Source of the DNA: a virus
Taxonomy: Duplodnaviria > Caudoviricetes
Virus record (IMG/VR): IMGVR_UViG_3300032334_000224
Location: 1-54,698 of that record
Reading direction: 5' to 3' (one strand)
DNA: 54,698 nucleotides
The notes under the pieces were generated by a model, which searched no databases, was not told the origin of the DNA, and saw only the letters and a list, made by a program, of their open reading frames with translations. Below are positions 6,799 through 15,937 of the stretch, one piece after another; position 1 is the stretch's first letter; each line of letters opens with the position of its first letter. Position numbers and translations under genes: made by a program.

Positions 6799-7213
6799 CT
6801 GAATCTGAGTTTTCTCTATAAGTTTTGGCCCCATTCCTATGATGGAACTTGCGGGCCATTTCTGTCTTTGGGCTCAGGGTAACGTAGGTGGTTACTTCAG
6901 GTTGGTCTGCTTGTATCTGTTTTTGTGCCTGTTGTATAAGCTCGCGTCCAGCACCTGCTGCATAACTCCAAATAGTGTAAAACACCGCGGTATTGGTGTT
7001 GACAACAGAGTCAGCTAGGTCTTCCACTGATTCGGGTATTTTAGCCAGGAACTTCACACAGGTCACTGCCAGAGGCTGACCATCATCATCTTTCAACACA
7101 AAGATTTTACTGTTGTCGTTGACTCGCTGTTCTCGGGGGATTTCTGGACGTACTGGGTCGTCCTTGATCAAGGCTAATAGTTGGTCTTCCAGGGAATTAA
7201 TGATGTGTAACAT
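6779..7213 (-). CDS. GNAT-fold protein resembling the malonyl-CoA decarboxylase catalytic core
   Basis: Motifs AVFYTIWS, G.GRELI, TYVTLSP and F..RNGA. Confidence 0.65.
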   Translation of the reverse strand: MLHIINSLEDQLLALIKDDPVRPEIPREQRVNDNSKIFVLKDDDGQPLAVTCVKFLAKIPESVEDLADSVVNTNTAVFYTIWSYAAGAGRELIQQAQKQIQADQPEVTTYVTLSPKTEMARKFHHRNGAKTYRENSDSVNYLYQ

Positions 7214-7241
7214 AGTGTGTCGTGCTCGCTTATAACAGTTT

Positions 7242-7270
7242 ATTATATGCGTATTTATCGACTATGTCAA
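7242..7270 (-). promoter_or_regulatory. dual promoter: sigma70 with nested late TAAATA
   Basis: TTGACA-TAGTCGA-TAAATA-CGCA-TATAAT (17-nt spacer). Confidence 0.8.
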
Positions 7271-7274
7271 ATTT

Positions 7275-7976
7275 TTAGTTTTTTGTGTTTTCCAAACTGA
7301 GTTCGCGATCTTCCAACTCACGGATTTTCTCACTGAGCTCATCTATGACACCAGTGTTGCGGAGTGCCTTGAATGCGATGTTTTCCGTAGACCATTCACC
7401 AGCACGTTCCAGGCCTGCTTTGCGCATGTTGGTGATCTTGTCTTTGACTGCCTGCAGTCGTTTGGCATCACCTGTGATTATGGCCGCTGCAATGTCGTGT
7501 GTGACAGCAGCCACTTTGGCATCAATGGCTGTATCGTTGACATTGGGTTTGGCTTTTTTAGGTTCAATGACCCAACGATCACGCATGATGCTGTAGACGC
7601 CCGTTGAATGATGTGGTTCTGCAGAGCCCTGTATATAACACTCCACAGGCAGTCCTTTGATAGTGATGTTGTGATGTTCGCCCCAAAGAGCTTTTTTAGC
7701 TGAAAACAGCTCACGTGCTTCTTCGCTGACTTCACCTTTGACCACTAGATGTAGATCTAGATCACTGAACTTGGTCCAGTTGTAGTTGGCATTTGAACCA
7801 GTGACTGTGATGTCTATGATGTCCAAATCCACGCCCACGAACTTTTCAAATACTTCTGCGATACGTTTCAGCTTGTCGCTGACTCTGGGATCCAACTGAT
7901 CGCCGTCCCAGATCTTGGGATTCAGTGTAGAGTTAACACTGACATAATAGCTACCGGCAAACTCGTTTAGTCTCAC
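7275..7976 (-). CDS. Pol-beta superfamily nucleotidyltransferase
   Basis: hGS..SDLDLH motif plus a third carboxylate in PVECY; GTG start; MRLNEF N-terminus. Confidence 0.85.
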   Translation of the reverse strand: MRLNEFAGSYYVSVNSTLNPKIWDGDQLDPRVSDKLKRIAEVFEKFVGVDLDIIDITVTGSNANYNWTKFSDLDLHLVVKGEVSEEARELFSAKKALWGEHHNITIKGLPVECYIQGSAEPHHSTGVYSIMRDRWVIEPKKAKPNVNDTAIDAKVAAVTHDIAAAIITGDAKRLQAVKDKITNMRKAGLERAGEWSTENIAFKALRNTGVIDELSEKIRELEDRELSLENTKN

Positions 7977-7977
7977 C

Positions 7978-8337
7978 TTATACTCCGTACTTGTTGCGTT
8001 TAAGCTGAGCCACTGGGCTCTGCGTGTCTACAGTATGCGATTCGTGGCTCTTTTTATCTGTGATAGCACGGCCATTGACCTTCATATGCTTGTTGGCCTT
8101 GTTAATGATGTCAGCATCGCCCTGTGAATAAGCAATAGTAACCATTTTGCTGCTGCTTGGCCCTACTTCAGACATGTTGGTATCTTCAGGTGAACCTGCC
8201 AGTGCTATACCGTATCTATACATGGAATAGACATTGCCGTTGTCCAGTTGCGGAAACATCTGCATGTCTGGAATAGCAGCCTTGGCGCTGCGTCTTATTG
8301 GCTTTGAGGATTCGTTGATAAACTCGCTGGCTCTCAT
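7978..8337 (-). CDS. putative internal head protein, paralogue 1
   Basis: MRASEFINE start; Y..YR.G.A.A; C-terminal RNKYGV. Confidence 0.7.
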   Translation of the reverse strand: MRASEFINESSKPIRRSAKAAIPDMQMFPQLDNGNVYSMYRYGIALAGSPEDTNMSEVGPSSSKMVTIAYSQGDADIINKANKHMKVNGRAITDKKSHESHTVDTQSPVAQLKRNKYGV

Positions 8338-8338
8338 C

Positions 8339-8731
8339 TTAAACTCCGTAGCGATTTTTCTTGATTTTGGCCACGGCGCTCTGGGTAGCAGTTCCTTTGG
8401 CTTCACGGCTTTTATTGTCAGTGATACGTGTGGGTTGTACGCCCATCATCTTTGAAGCCAGTTTAATGGTTTCTTCATCTTCAGGAGTGTACATGACCTG
8501 TACTAGGTTTTCTGCCCAGGATGATTCCTGTTCAAAACTCACGTCACCGGCGGCATCAGCACGAGCAGCGGCTGTGGCTACTCCCATGCGATACTGCATA
8601 TAGGGATCTGTGTTTCTTAACTGGCGCTGTACGAATACCCCTGGTAGAGCCGCATCTTTGTCTGCTGCAACAGGGGCAGCAACACCGTGGGCTTTAGCAG
8701 TATATTCTACAATAAATTCTTTTGCTCGCAT
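8339..8731 (-). CDS. putative internal head protein, paralogue 2
   Basis: MRAKEFIVE start; YMQYRMGVA; C-terminal KNRYGV; TAAATA 4 nt upstream. Confidence 0.7.
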   Translation of the reverse strand: MRAKEFIVEYTAKAHGVAAPVAADKDAALPGVFVQRQLRNTDPYMQYRMGVATAAARADAAGDVSFEQESSWAENLVQVMYTPEDEETIKLASKMMGVQPTRITDNKSREAKGTATQSAVAKIKKNRYGV

Positions 8732-8734
8732 CCA

Positions 8735-8974
8735 TTATTTAGCCCACATTAGATGATAGTTGACAGCAGTGATTTCGTCATAGAACTCTGCTACTAACTT
8801 GCATTTGCTTGTGGATTTATCCAGCACCAGTTGGCATTGATGCTTGGGCTGTTTCAGCAGCCATTCCACATGATCTATGCCCAGGGTTTTCTGCACCTTG
8901 GGCCAATCTATGTCAATGTACTCGCCTTCACTGGGAAACCACTGCGTTAAAACAACACGTCTAGTCTTCATCAC
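8735..8974 (-). CDS. hypothetical protein
   Basis: Packed between the helicase and the 8731 gene. Confidence 0.7.
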   Translation of the reverse strand: MMKTRRVVLTQWFPSEGEYIDIDWPKVQKTLGIDHVEWLLKQPKHQCQLVLDKSTSKCKLVAEFYDEITAVNYHLMWAK

Positions 8975-10415
8975 TGTCCATGTTATTCAGGATTTCACGT
9001 AGTTTGGTGCTTTCTACATGAGCCCGGACTTTGGGTTTGGCTAGATCAAACCCTTCTTTGGGCGTAGCACGTTCCCACTCTGTGTTTCCAGATTCTTCGC
9101 GATTCTGCTGTATTGTGGTCTTGCGTTTGATATCGTCGATGATACTGCTGGCACCACGTGATGTTGCACCACTGTGCTCCTGCTCATCTTCTGGCAGATC
9201 TGTGATTTTCAGAGATTCTAGATTGAACTCTAAGTCCACTTTCATGCCTACACCACTGCTTGAACGAGTTTTCATCAACTGTATTTGATAGCGTCCACGC
9301 TCACGCATTGCTCGACTGGTAAAGATACCAAACACGTTATCCGCAGTTTGAATCTTACTCAAGCCACCTGAAATATGACTGTGATCAAACTCAACTTCTT
9401 CAACTGCTCCACGATTCAACTGTGCCGCAGTTACAAACACACAGTTCTTTTCAACTGCCAAGTTACGCAGTTCTTCTGACACATACTTGTCTTTGATAAA
9501 CAAGTCTGCTGGTGAAATCTTTTTACTTACAGGCATCAACAAGTCCAAATAGTCAACTAACAACACGTCAACTTTGCTGCCTGTTTTGATTTCATATTCT
9601 TTCAAATAAGCTCGAATGTCATTGGCTGTTTTGCCCGATGGCATATACTTGACCTGTAGTTTGCCTGACTTCTTGCCAATGATACGAACCTTCATTTCCA
9701 CATCATCGATGTCTTTGAAAATCTCTTTGGTTGCAATACCAGTTAACATTGCATCAATACGCATAGACACCAGTTCTTCTGAAAGTTCCAATGTTAGGTA
9801 CACAACGTTCAAGCCCAACAATGCCCAGTTAACACCTAGATTTGCCAAGAACAATGATTTACCTGCTCCTGATCCGCCTGCAAAGATGTTGAGTTCTCCA
9901 CGGTTCATACCACCAAACAGTCTACGATCTAAACTAGGCCATCCTGTAGATACCTGTCCGTTCTTGTCTTTGATCTTCATCAATCGACCGCGTGGATCAG
10001 CAAAGTAATCAGTGCCCATGTCTTTGGCTAGGCCGATCTGTACTGCTTCTTTGACCATTACTTCCACAGCACCGTAGTCATGCTTTTCTAACAGATCTGC
10101 AGAGTTAATGATCGCACGTTCTAGTGCTTTGTGTCGAGTAAACTGTTCGAACTCATCCATGAACCAATCCATGTGTCCATCTTTGAGATCTTCGGGTCTA
10201 ACAAGGTCAGTTCTGCAGTTGGCATTGACCATGTTGTAGTCTGGCAACACGTTATACTCTTTGGCATAGACGTTGATAAACTCTGCCGCATCTTGTAGTT
10301 TGCGGTCAAATAGTGTGTAATCAAAAATACCTTGACAGCGTACAAATGTTTCAGCATCTGACAGCATTATTTCAAGATATAGTTTCTGTACTTCGGGTCC
10401 GTAATCTTTAATCAT
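8961..10415 (-). CDS. DnaB-like replicative helicase (T4 gp41-like)
   Basis: Walker A GGSGAGKS, VDYLDLL, TAAQLNR, KTR. Confidence 0.95.
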   Translation of the reverse strand: MIKDYGPEVQKLYLEIMLSDAETFVRCQGIFDYTLFDRKLQDAAEFINVYAKEYNVLPDYNMVNANCRTDLVRPEDLKDGHMDWFMDEFEQFTRHKALERAIINSADLLEKHDYGAVEVMVKEAVQIGLAKDMGTDYFADPRGRLMKIKDKNGQVSTGWPSLDRRLFGGMNRGELNIFAGGSGAGKSLFLANLGVNWALLGLNVVYLTLELSEELVSMRIDAMLTGIATKEIFKDIDDVEMKVRIIGKKSGKLQVKYMPSGKTANDIRAYLKEYEIKTGSKVDVLLVDYLDLLMPVSKKISPADLFIKDKYVSEELRNLAVEKNCVFVTAAQLNRGAVEEVEFDHSHISGGLSKIQTADNVFGIFTSRAMRERGRYQIQLMKTRSSSGVGMKVDLEFNLESLKITDLPEDEQEHSGATSRGASSIIDDIKRKTTIQQNREESGNTEWERATPKEGFDLAKPKVRAHVESTKLREILNNMDSDED

Positions 10416-10422
10416 ATGTACT

Positions 10423-10451
10423 ATTATATACTCTAGTTAAACACAGGTAAA
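10423..10451 (-). promoter_or_regulatory. sigma70-type promoter, probably leaderless (helicase)
   Basis: TTTACC-N17-TATAAT-N7-ATG. Confidence 0.6.
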
Positions 10452-11905
10452 CCATACTTTTGACTCCATGTCATCGAATCGCAGATATCGTTGACCATTG
10501 GTTCACCTTTGATGTTGAGGCTGGTGTTAAGCAACATAGGACAGCCAGTTTTTGCATACCATATTTCCAATAACTCTCTAAACTGTGGATTGTCTGTTTT
10601 GTTTACAGTCTGAACTCTGCTGGTTTTATCTATGTGTACCACGGCCGGAAAAGACTCAGATTCCAAACAAGGCGCAATAAATTGCATGTAAGTCGTTGAT
10701 TTTGTTGGCATTTTAAAATAGGAATTTGCGAATTCTTCTAATATTGCAGGAGCGAAGGGTCTGAACTGCTCACGATGCTTAATATCGTTAATAAGAGCCT
10801 TAATTTCCGGACCACGCGGATCTGCTATCAAACTGCGGTTTCCTAGAGCCCTTGGCCCAAACTCAGCACGACCTCTAGCTAGTCCGCAGATTTTGTGTTG
10901 TAGAAGATAATCTACGATCTCGTGATTGTCAGTCTTATAGCCAATGTCGTAGCCTAGATAAACACCAGGCCAATCTATTGCTTGTTTTTGATGTGCCAGT
11001 ACAGCACCAATAGCACTGCCACTGTCTCCGGGTGCAGGCATGATCCAAACATTTTCAAAATACTTGTAGGCTATGGGATTAGCTGAACAGTTAAGAGCAC
11101 ATCCGCCCATCAACACTAGATTCTTGCTGTCAACTAATTTCAAAGCATAATGTAGAGTGCTTTCAAACAGCATTTCATATACTGCCTGTGTTGCCGCAGC
11201 AATGTCGTAGATATCTTGCTGTGAAGTTAAATCAGGTCTCCAATATCTACAGCCTCTATGAAGATTTTCTTTGAAATATAATAGTCCGCCCATGTCCCAT
11301 GTTGGGTAGCTTACAAAGTCGTTCATCATGTCACGAACTAACCCATTGGGGTTTCCCAATGCTGCCATGCCCATTAGGATATATTCTTCTTCGTTGGGTT
11401 TCAGTCCGCATCGCTGTGTCATTGCTGAATAAAACAGCCCTATACTATGCGGATATGATATTGAATATAGTTTTTTAAGTTTGTTACCACAGCCATGCCA
11501 TATTGACAGTGTGTCGTATTCGCCTATTGCATCTATGACAACTACACAGGCTTCGTCAAACCCTGATGTATAGTATCCTGCTGCCGCATGGCTGCGATGA
11601 TGGCTGACAGTTTTTACAGGAGCAGTGATATTAAACTTATTGAGATATCTTTTTACATTGTTATCAATCCACCCTTGTCCAGCTTCAAACTGTCTAAAGG
11701 ATTTTAACCAAGGTTTCTCATACCAACAGACAAGATCAGCAGCACCGAAGTTTTCAGTTGCATATGATACCAGCTCTGCATTAAGATCTGGGTCATTTTT
11801 GATTTTACTGAATCGTTCAGACTCACTGGCAAACACCAGTTTGTTATCATGAAATACTGCTAATGCGGCATTGTGACTAGCCGCTGATAGTCCCCAAGTA
11901 ATCAT
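10433..11905 (-). CDS. NodU/CmcH-family carbamoyltransferase
   Basis: HNAA..ERFS, HH.SHAA, DAIGE, GGCALN, GD.G.AIG, EFGPRALGNRS, FRPFAP, LNTSLN. Confidence 0.95.
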   Translation of the reverse strand: MITWGLSAASHNAALAVFHDNKLVFASESERFSKIKNDPDLNAELVSYATENFGAADLVCWYEKPWLKSFRQFEAGQGWIDNNVKRYLNKFNITAPVKTVSHHRSHAAAGYYTSGFDEACVVVIDAIGEYDTLSIWHGCGNKLKKLYSISYPHSIGLFYSAMTQRCGLKPNEEEYILMGMAALGNPNGLVRDMMNDFVSYPTWDMGGLLYFKENLHRGCRYWRPDLTSQQDIYDIAAATQAVYEMLFESTLHYALKLVDSKNLVLMGGCALNCSANPIAYKYFENVWIMPAPGDSGSAIGAVLAHQKQAIDWPGVYLGYDIGYKTDNHEIVDYLLQHKICGLARGRAEFGPRALGNRSLIADPRGPEIKALINDIKHREQFRPFAPAILEEFANSYFKMPTKSTTYMQFIAPCLESESFPAVVHIDKTSRVQTVNKTDNPQFRELLEIWYAKTGCPMLLNTSLNIKGEPMVNDICDSMTWSQKYGLPVFN

Positions 11906-12018
11906 TTGTAAATGAACGGATCTCTTTCTCGTAGTTCTTTGAGTTTTCTTTTAAGACGATAATGATCTCTAATCGCAATGTAAGGACTTATCAGAAAATC
12001 TATAATCTTTCTAATCAT
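11902..12018 (-). CDS. 38-aa basic microprotein coupled to the carbamoyltransferase (not in ORF track)
   Basis: MIRKIIDFLISPYIAIRDHYRLKRKLKELRERDPFIYK*; overlaps both neighbours. Confidence 0.7.
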   Translation of the reverse strand: MIRKIIDFLISPYIAIRDHYRLKRKLKELRERDPFIYK

Positions 12019-13036
12019 TTTCTTTTTCTCTCTTTAACTTGTTTTCTAAATTCTTCAAGGCCATCTGCAGTCTAATCTGTCCACGCTGTGCTGTTTTGAT
12101 TAGGTCAACGATTACAAACAGCTTGCCATATCTCTGTACAGCATCGGCACAGTCTTTTACATCTGCATCCCAGTTCGGAAATGCCACAGCCCAGTCGTTT
12201 TCTATGGCTCGATTAATCAAAATCAAACCAGCTTCATCTTGGTCAGGAACTACGATAACTTCGCTGCCTAGACTATTAATTATTCGTTCTTGCTGTTCTG
12301 CTACGTCATTGGTTAACAGTGCTACACCGCCGATTGATAATGCGTCAAACGGGCCTTCACAAACAAACACATACTTCTGTTCTTCTGATTGTGCATCTAC
12401 ATTAAAAACAAAATGCGGGTGTTGATCTGATAGATATTTAGGTTTTCCGTCCCTGATTTTACGAGCAGTACTGCCTACAATTTTACCTTCGTAGGTGAAG
12501 GCGATAATAACCCTCTCATTATATCCTGCTGCAGGAGACCAGTATAGTTGTTTACTGTTAGGATCAAATCCTCTATTGATGACATATTGAATAGTGTCTA
12601 TTAGATTTTGTCTTAGATCTTCAGTAAGACTTATTGGATCACAAGCCCATTCCCATAATGTTTTAGAGTCTTCAGGCAAATCTTTAGGCCCAAAGACAAC
12701 TTTAGCATCTTCGATCTTATGTTCGTATTCTGGACTTTCTGTTTTAAGTGCTTCAAATATCAGTGTGTTGATGTCGTCATCGCTGGCTCCTAGCCATTTA
12801 CAGAGATTTTTAAACTTGTTGGATATTGGACGACCGGGTAACCAGCTGGCTGTGAACTTGCAGTTAAAGCAGTTGAATACTATTCCTTGATCAAACCTTA
12901 GCCCTCCACGTTTACGAGTATCCGGACTATGCCCGCGATGACCGCAACATGGTGCATTGAAACTAGTCCAACCAGAAGGGCTACTCTTAGCACGAGGTGG
13001 GATTAGTGTTCGAAATTTGTCAACAACTAGAGTCAT
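12011..13036 (-). CDS. DNA primase (DnaG/gp61-like)
   Basis: Zn-binding APCC..FNCFNC; TOPRIM EGPFD and PDQD. Confidence 0.93.
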   Translation of the reverse strand: MTLVVDKFRTLIPPRAKSSPSGWTSFNAPCCGHRGHSPDTRKRGGLRFDQGIVFNCFNCKFTASWLPGRPISNKFKNLCKWLGASDDDINTLIFEALKTESPEYEHKIEDAKVVFGPKDLPEDSKTLWEWACDPISLTEDLRQNLIDTIQYVINRGFDPNSKQLYWSPAAGYNERVIIAFTYEGKIVGSTARKIRDGKPKYLSDQHPHFVFNVDAQSEEQKYVFVCEGPFDALSIGGVALLTNDVAEQQERIINSLGSEVIVVPDQDEAGLILINRAIENDWAVAFPNWDADVKDCADAVQRYGKLFVIVDLIKTAQRGQIRLQMALKNLENKLKREKEND

Positions 13037-13042
13037 GCATAC

Positions 13043-13071
13043 AGTATACTATCTGTATAAGACCTTGTCAA
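13043..13071 (-). promoter_or_regulatory. sigma70-type promoter, probably leaderless (primase)
   Basis: TTGACA-N17-TATACT-N6-ATG. Confidence 0.8.
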
Positions 13072-13861
13072 CAGTTCCTGTAGTTGGTAGGTGTTTAATT
13101 CTAAAAAAGTTCCATTTACCTACAACATTGGAATATTTTACATTGGAGTTTGTTATCGTTTGAGTGCTGATATCTACCCAGTTTTTTGGTGTAGCACCGT
13201 CATCGATACTGCCTTGAATAATCACTGTACCGGTATAGTTTGTGCTATAGATTTGAAAACTGTGTAGACTCTGCGGTGTAGCGAGTTGACCTTTACAGTC
13301 TATTAAACTACTGACATAATATTTAGGATCAGTGTATCCAGTTGTGCCTGGATTGATATATGCGAATGTGCTGACATTGAGACTTTGTTCGGCAATGCTC
13401 TCGGTGTCTCCAGATACTTCCATAGTTCCTATAACCCCGTACTGGCTGTCCATGTACATGGGTGTTCTTGAAGTCACACGATATTCTGTGGCACTAACTG
13501 TTTCACGGATTTCTTGAACAACGGTATAGTTATAGAAACCCGGTTCTAGATCTAAAAGGTCTGCTCTAGTAATAGTGGCATATACTTTGCCGGTTGCTGC
13601 TGCTACTGTTACGCAATCTTTCTTAACCACTAAGTCATTGGCCTCTCTGGTGATGATGTTAAATACCAAAACAGAGCCAGTTATGTCTGTGGATTTTTGA
13701 TCGGAATTGCGTACCTGTAGATCAATGCGATTATCTACACTACGATAAATTTTTAGATTGCGATTATACACTCTACGATACCTCTCTAGTTGCCAGGAAG
13801 CCAGCGTATTAGTAAATACGTCTATCTTATTTGGATATAAATAAACTGAATTAAGTTGCAT
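13049..13861 (-). CDS. beta-rich virion structural protein (putative baseplate/head accessory)
   Basis: Ig/jelly-roll-like pattern; TAAATA 13882-13887 upstream. Confidence 0.6.
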   Translation of the reverse strand: MQLNSVYLYPNKIDVFTNTLASWQLERYRRVYNRNLKIYRSVDNRIDLQVRNSDQKSTDITGSVLVFNIITREANDLVVKKDCVTVAAATGKVYATITRADLLDLEPGFYNYTVVQEIRETVSATEYRVTSRTPMYMDSQYGVIGTMEVSGDTESIAEQSLNVSTFAYINPGTTGYTDPKYYVSSLIDCKGQLATPQSLHSFQIYSTNYTGTVIIQGSIDDGATPKNWVDISTQTITNSNVKYSNVVGKWNFFRIKHLPTTGTVDKVLYR

Positions 13862-13890
13862 ACATTAGCGGACCTTTAAAGTATTTATCG

Positions 13891-14262
13891 ATGAGAATTA
13901 CAGACAACCTGCAGGAAAACTTCCCGTTCATTAGCGTTATCAACCATGTAGATAAAGAATACGTGGGCATCATTATCAATCAAGATGCTCAAGTGACCAG
14001 CATGTACGATTATGTCGCTATACGTTCTGAAGACGAAAAACGCCGGTTTCTAGAACTAGGAGAAGCTTGGTGGTGGGAGTCTAATCGACAGATACCAATC
14101 AACATTTTCTTAAGCAAAGAGATAATCGAGTTTAGATATGTTATACGCAACTTCAGCACCAAAGACGTAAAAGTAATGCTTGGTCCTGTTACAAGCCTAA
14201 ATGACATTATTGTAAAGCGTATCAAGCGTAAGAGCATCACGCTTGTGAGAAAAGGCAGTTAA
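13891..14262 (+). CDS. conserved hypothetical protein
   Basis: YVGIIIN..WWWESNRQIPINIFL; TATAAATA at 13836-13843. Confidence 0.8.
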   Translation: MRITDNLQENFPFISVINHVDKEYVGIIINQDAQVTSMYDYVAIRSEDEKRRFLELGEAWWWESNRQIPINIFLSKEIIEFRYVIRNFSTKDVKVMLGPVTSLNDIIVKRIKRKSITLVRKGS

Positions 14263-14837
14263 CTAAACTCGTAACTGATCTGTTCACAGATAAGATTCAT
14301 CTGTACCACAATAGCAGTGGCGTATGCAATAGCATGTGACTTCTTAAAAAAGTATTCGTCATTCTCGGGCTTCGTCCAGATCTCCGTCATAATCGTAGTC
14401 CATTCTTTCCCAATCAGATAACGTTTCGCCGGTCGTATCATAGCTATCACTGCCGCCAACTGGTCGATAGATTTTGGCTTGGTTTGTCTTAGAATAGACC
14501 CATGCCCATTCACATGGAACAGGTTCTGGGTAAACTCGTCTTGCTCTAGTAGATCCCATAGTGGTTCAGTCTCCATTAGTTGAATGAGATGTGCTTCATC
14601 TCTCACGCCTTTATAGATTCCAACATTGAGGAAATCTATTTTAAAATATCCTCGATCTTCTGCTTCGTTATAGGGAACAGCAGATAGTCCACTAACTGCA
14701 TCAACAGGAACTTCATGAAAATACACGCCAGTATTGTGCTTGACCAGTTTTGAATCTTCTTCTCTACTGGCCCTGATGTGTTTGAACAAACCTAATGCTT
14801 GTTCACGATCAAGAAAGTCTATGTCAATATCAGGCAT
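14259..14837 (-). CDS. miniature DNA polymerase III alpha (DnaE)-like protein
   Basis: PDIDID, H.TGV, GYFKIDFL, IRP and FKKSHA.AYA motifs in DnaE order. Confidence 0.85.
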   Translation of the reverse strand: MPDIDIDFLDREQALGLFKHIRASREEDSKLVKHNTGVYFHEVPVDAVSGLSAVPYNEAEDRGYFKIDFLNVGIYKGVRDEAHLIQLMETEPLWDLLEQDEFTQNLFHVNGHGSILRQTKPKSIDQLAAVIAMIRPAKRYLIGKEWTTIMTEIWTKPENDEYFFKKSHAIAYATAIVVQMNLICEQISYEFS

Positions 14838-15030
14838 TCGGTGGCACCCATTTTGCTGCTTCTGTTTTCTTCCAATAGTTATTACCGTCGGTTACATGTC
14901 CAGTATACACTTCGCCGGTTTCTTTGTCAACCAACATCCATTTTTCCGGACATCTAGTATAAACTACCAGAGTTTTTGGCTCTGGTAGTTCTTCTACTAC
15001 TGTGTTGTCGATTAACAGTCTTGTTCTCAT
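14830..15030 (-). CDS. hypothetical protein
   Basis: T.CP.KW.LVD.ETGEVY.G; translationally coupled. Confidence 0.7.
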   Translation of the reverse strand: MRTRLLIDNTVVEELPEPKTLVVYTRCPEKWMLVDKETGEVYTGHVTDGNNYWKKTEAAKWVPPNA

Positions 15031-15254
15031 TAGTTAAGTCGCGTTGTTTCAAATAACAATAAGGGCAATGTATCTGCTAGAAACTGTGCGTATTCTTCTG
15101 CATCTTCATCGTCTTCAAATCCTGAAAACTTAACATATACATCTGGAGATTCGTTTCCAACAACTACTTCAATATCAATGTCATCTCTGGAAATAAATTC
15201 TTCGTTTTCTTTTAACTCTTCTTCTTCAATAATAGGTTCTGGTCTTTTTGGCAT
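15030..15254 (-). CDS. acidic hypothetical protein
   Basis: Stop and start overlap on both sides. Confidence 0.7.
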   Translation of the reverse strand: MPKRPEPIIEEEELKENEEFISRDDIDIEVVVGNESPDVYVKFSGFEDDEDAEEYAQFLADTLPLLLFETTRLN

Positions 15255-15937
15255 TACAGTATCTTCGCCTCCTTGATGACGTCTTTAACTAACTCGGTAT
15301 CTGCAGGCAATGCTTTAAATCTACGCACCCAGAACTGCGGATCTATCATAGGACTGACTATCTCCAACTGTTCATCATTCATGCGTTTTAACAGTTCCTT
15401 GCCTGACTTGCTATTTAATAATATCCACGGAGATATCAATCCTTCTTTAATGTCATGCGTGGCCCTGTTTAAATTTACGTATTGAAAATAGTGTTCCCAC
15501 TGCGCAGAGTTTGTGTCTGCCCAATCCATCATATTTTTAATAGTACGCTGTATTGCTCCGTCTGCAGGTTCTTTCTTTATGAGGTCTGCAATGTATTGCT
15601 CATAGAGTTCGTCTCTGCACCAGTGGTCTAGTTTAACTCCGCTTTTAATAACAAAGTCTATAAACATCTCTGGGTATATAGGAGCGGTGTTGACTAGAAA
15701 ACTACCAAACTTTACAAATGCTGTATAGAAAGAACTTGTGGAAAATTCTTCAAAAGTTTTAGGTTGTTTTGCTTTTTGTGTAAGCTCGTAGAATCTTTGG
15801 AATGTTAACAATCCCATCTGTACGTGCTTTTCGGACTTGCTTAAATGTCTACGTTTCTGTTCGCAAATATGAACTACTAAAGTTTTTTCTTTAGCAAATA
15901 GTTTGTTACAGAATTCGCATTTATAGTTTAACTGCAT
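15254..15937 (-). CDS. N-terminal zinc-finger protein
   Basis: YKCEFCNKLF..H.C; start MQLNYK at 15937. Confidence 0.75.
   Translation of the reverse strand: MQLNYKCEFCNKLFAKEKTLVVHICEQKRRHLSKSEKHVQMGLLTFQRFYELTQKAKQPKTFEEFSTSSFYTAFVKFGSFLVNTAPIYPEMFIDFVIKSGVKLDHWCRDELYEQYIADLIKKEPADGAIQRTIKNMMDWADTNSAQWEHYFQYVNLNRATHDIKEGLISPWILLNSKSGKELLKRMNDEQLEIVSPMIDPQFWVRRFKALPADTELVKDVIKEAKIL

Noticed and set aside
7978-8406. Longer start (MKPKELL...) for the first paralogue
   Set aside because: It overlaps the neighbouring gene by 68 nt; ATG 8337 gives MRASEF, matching its paralogue.
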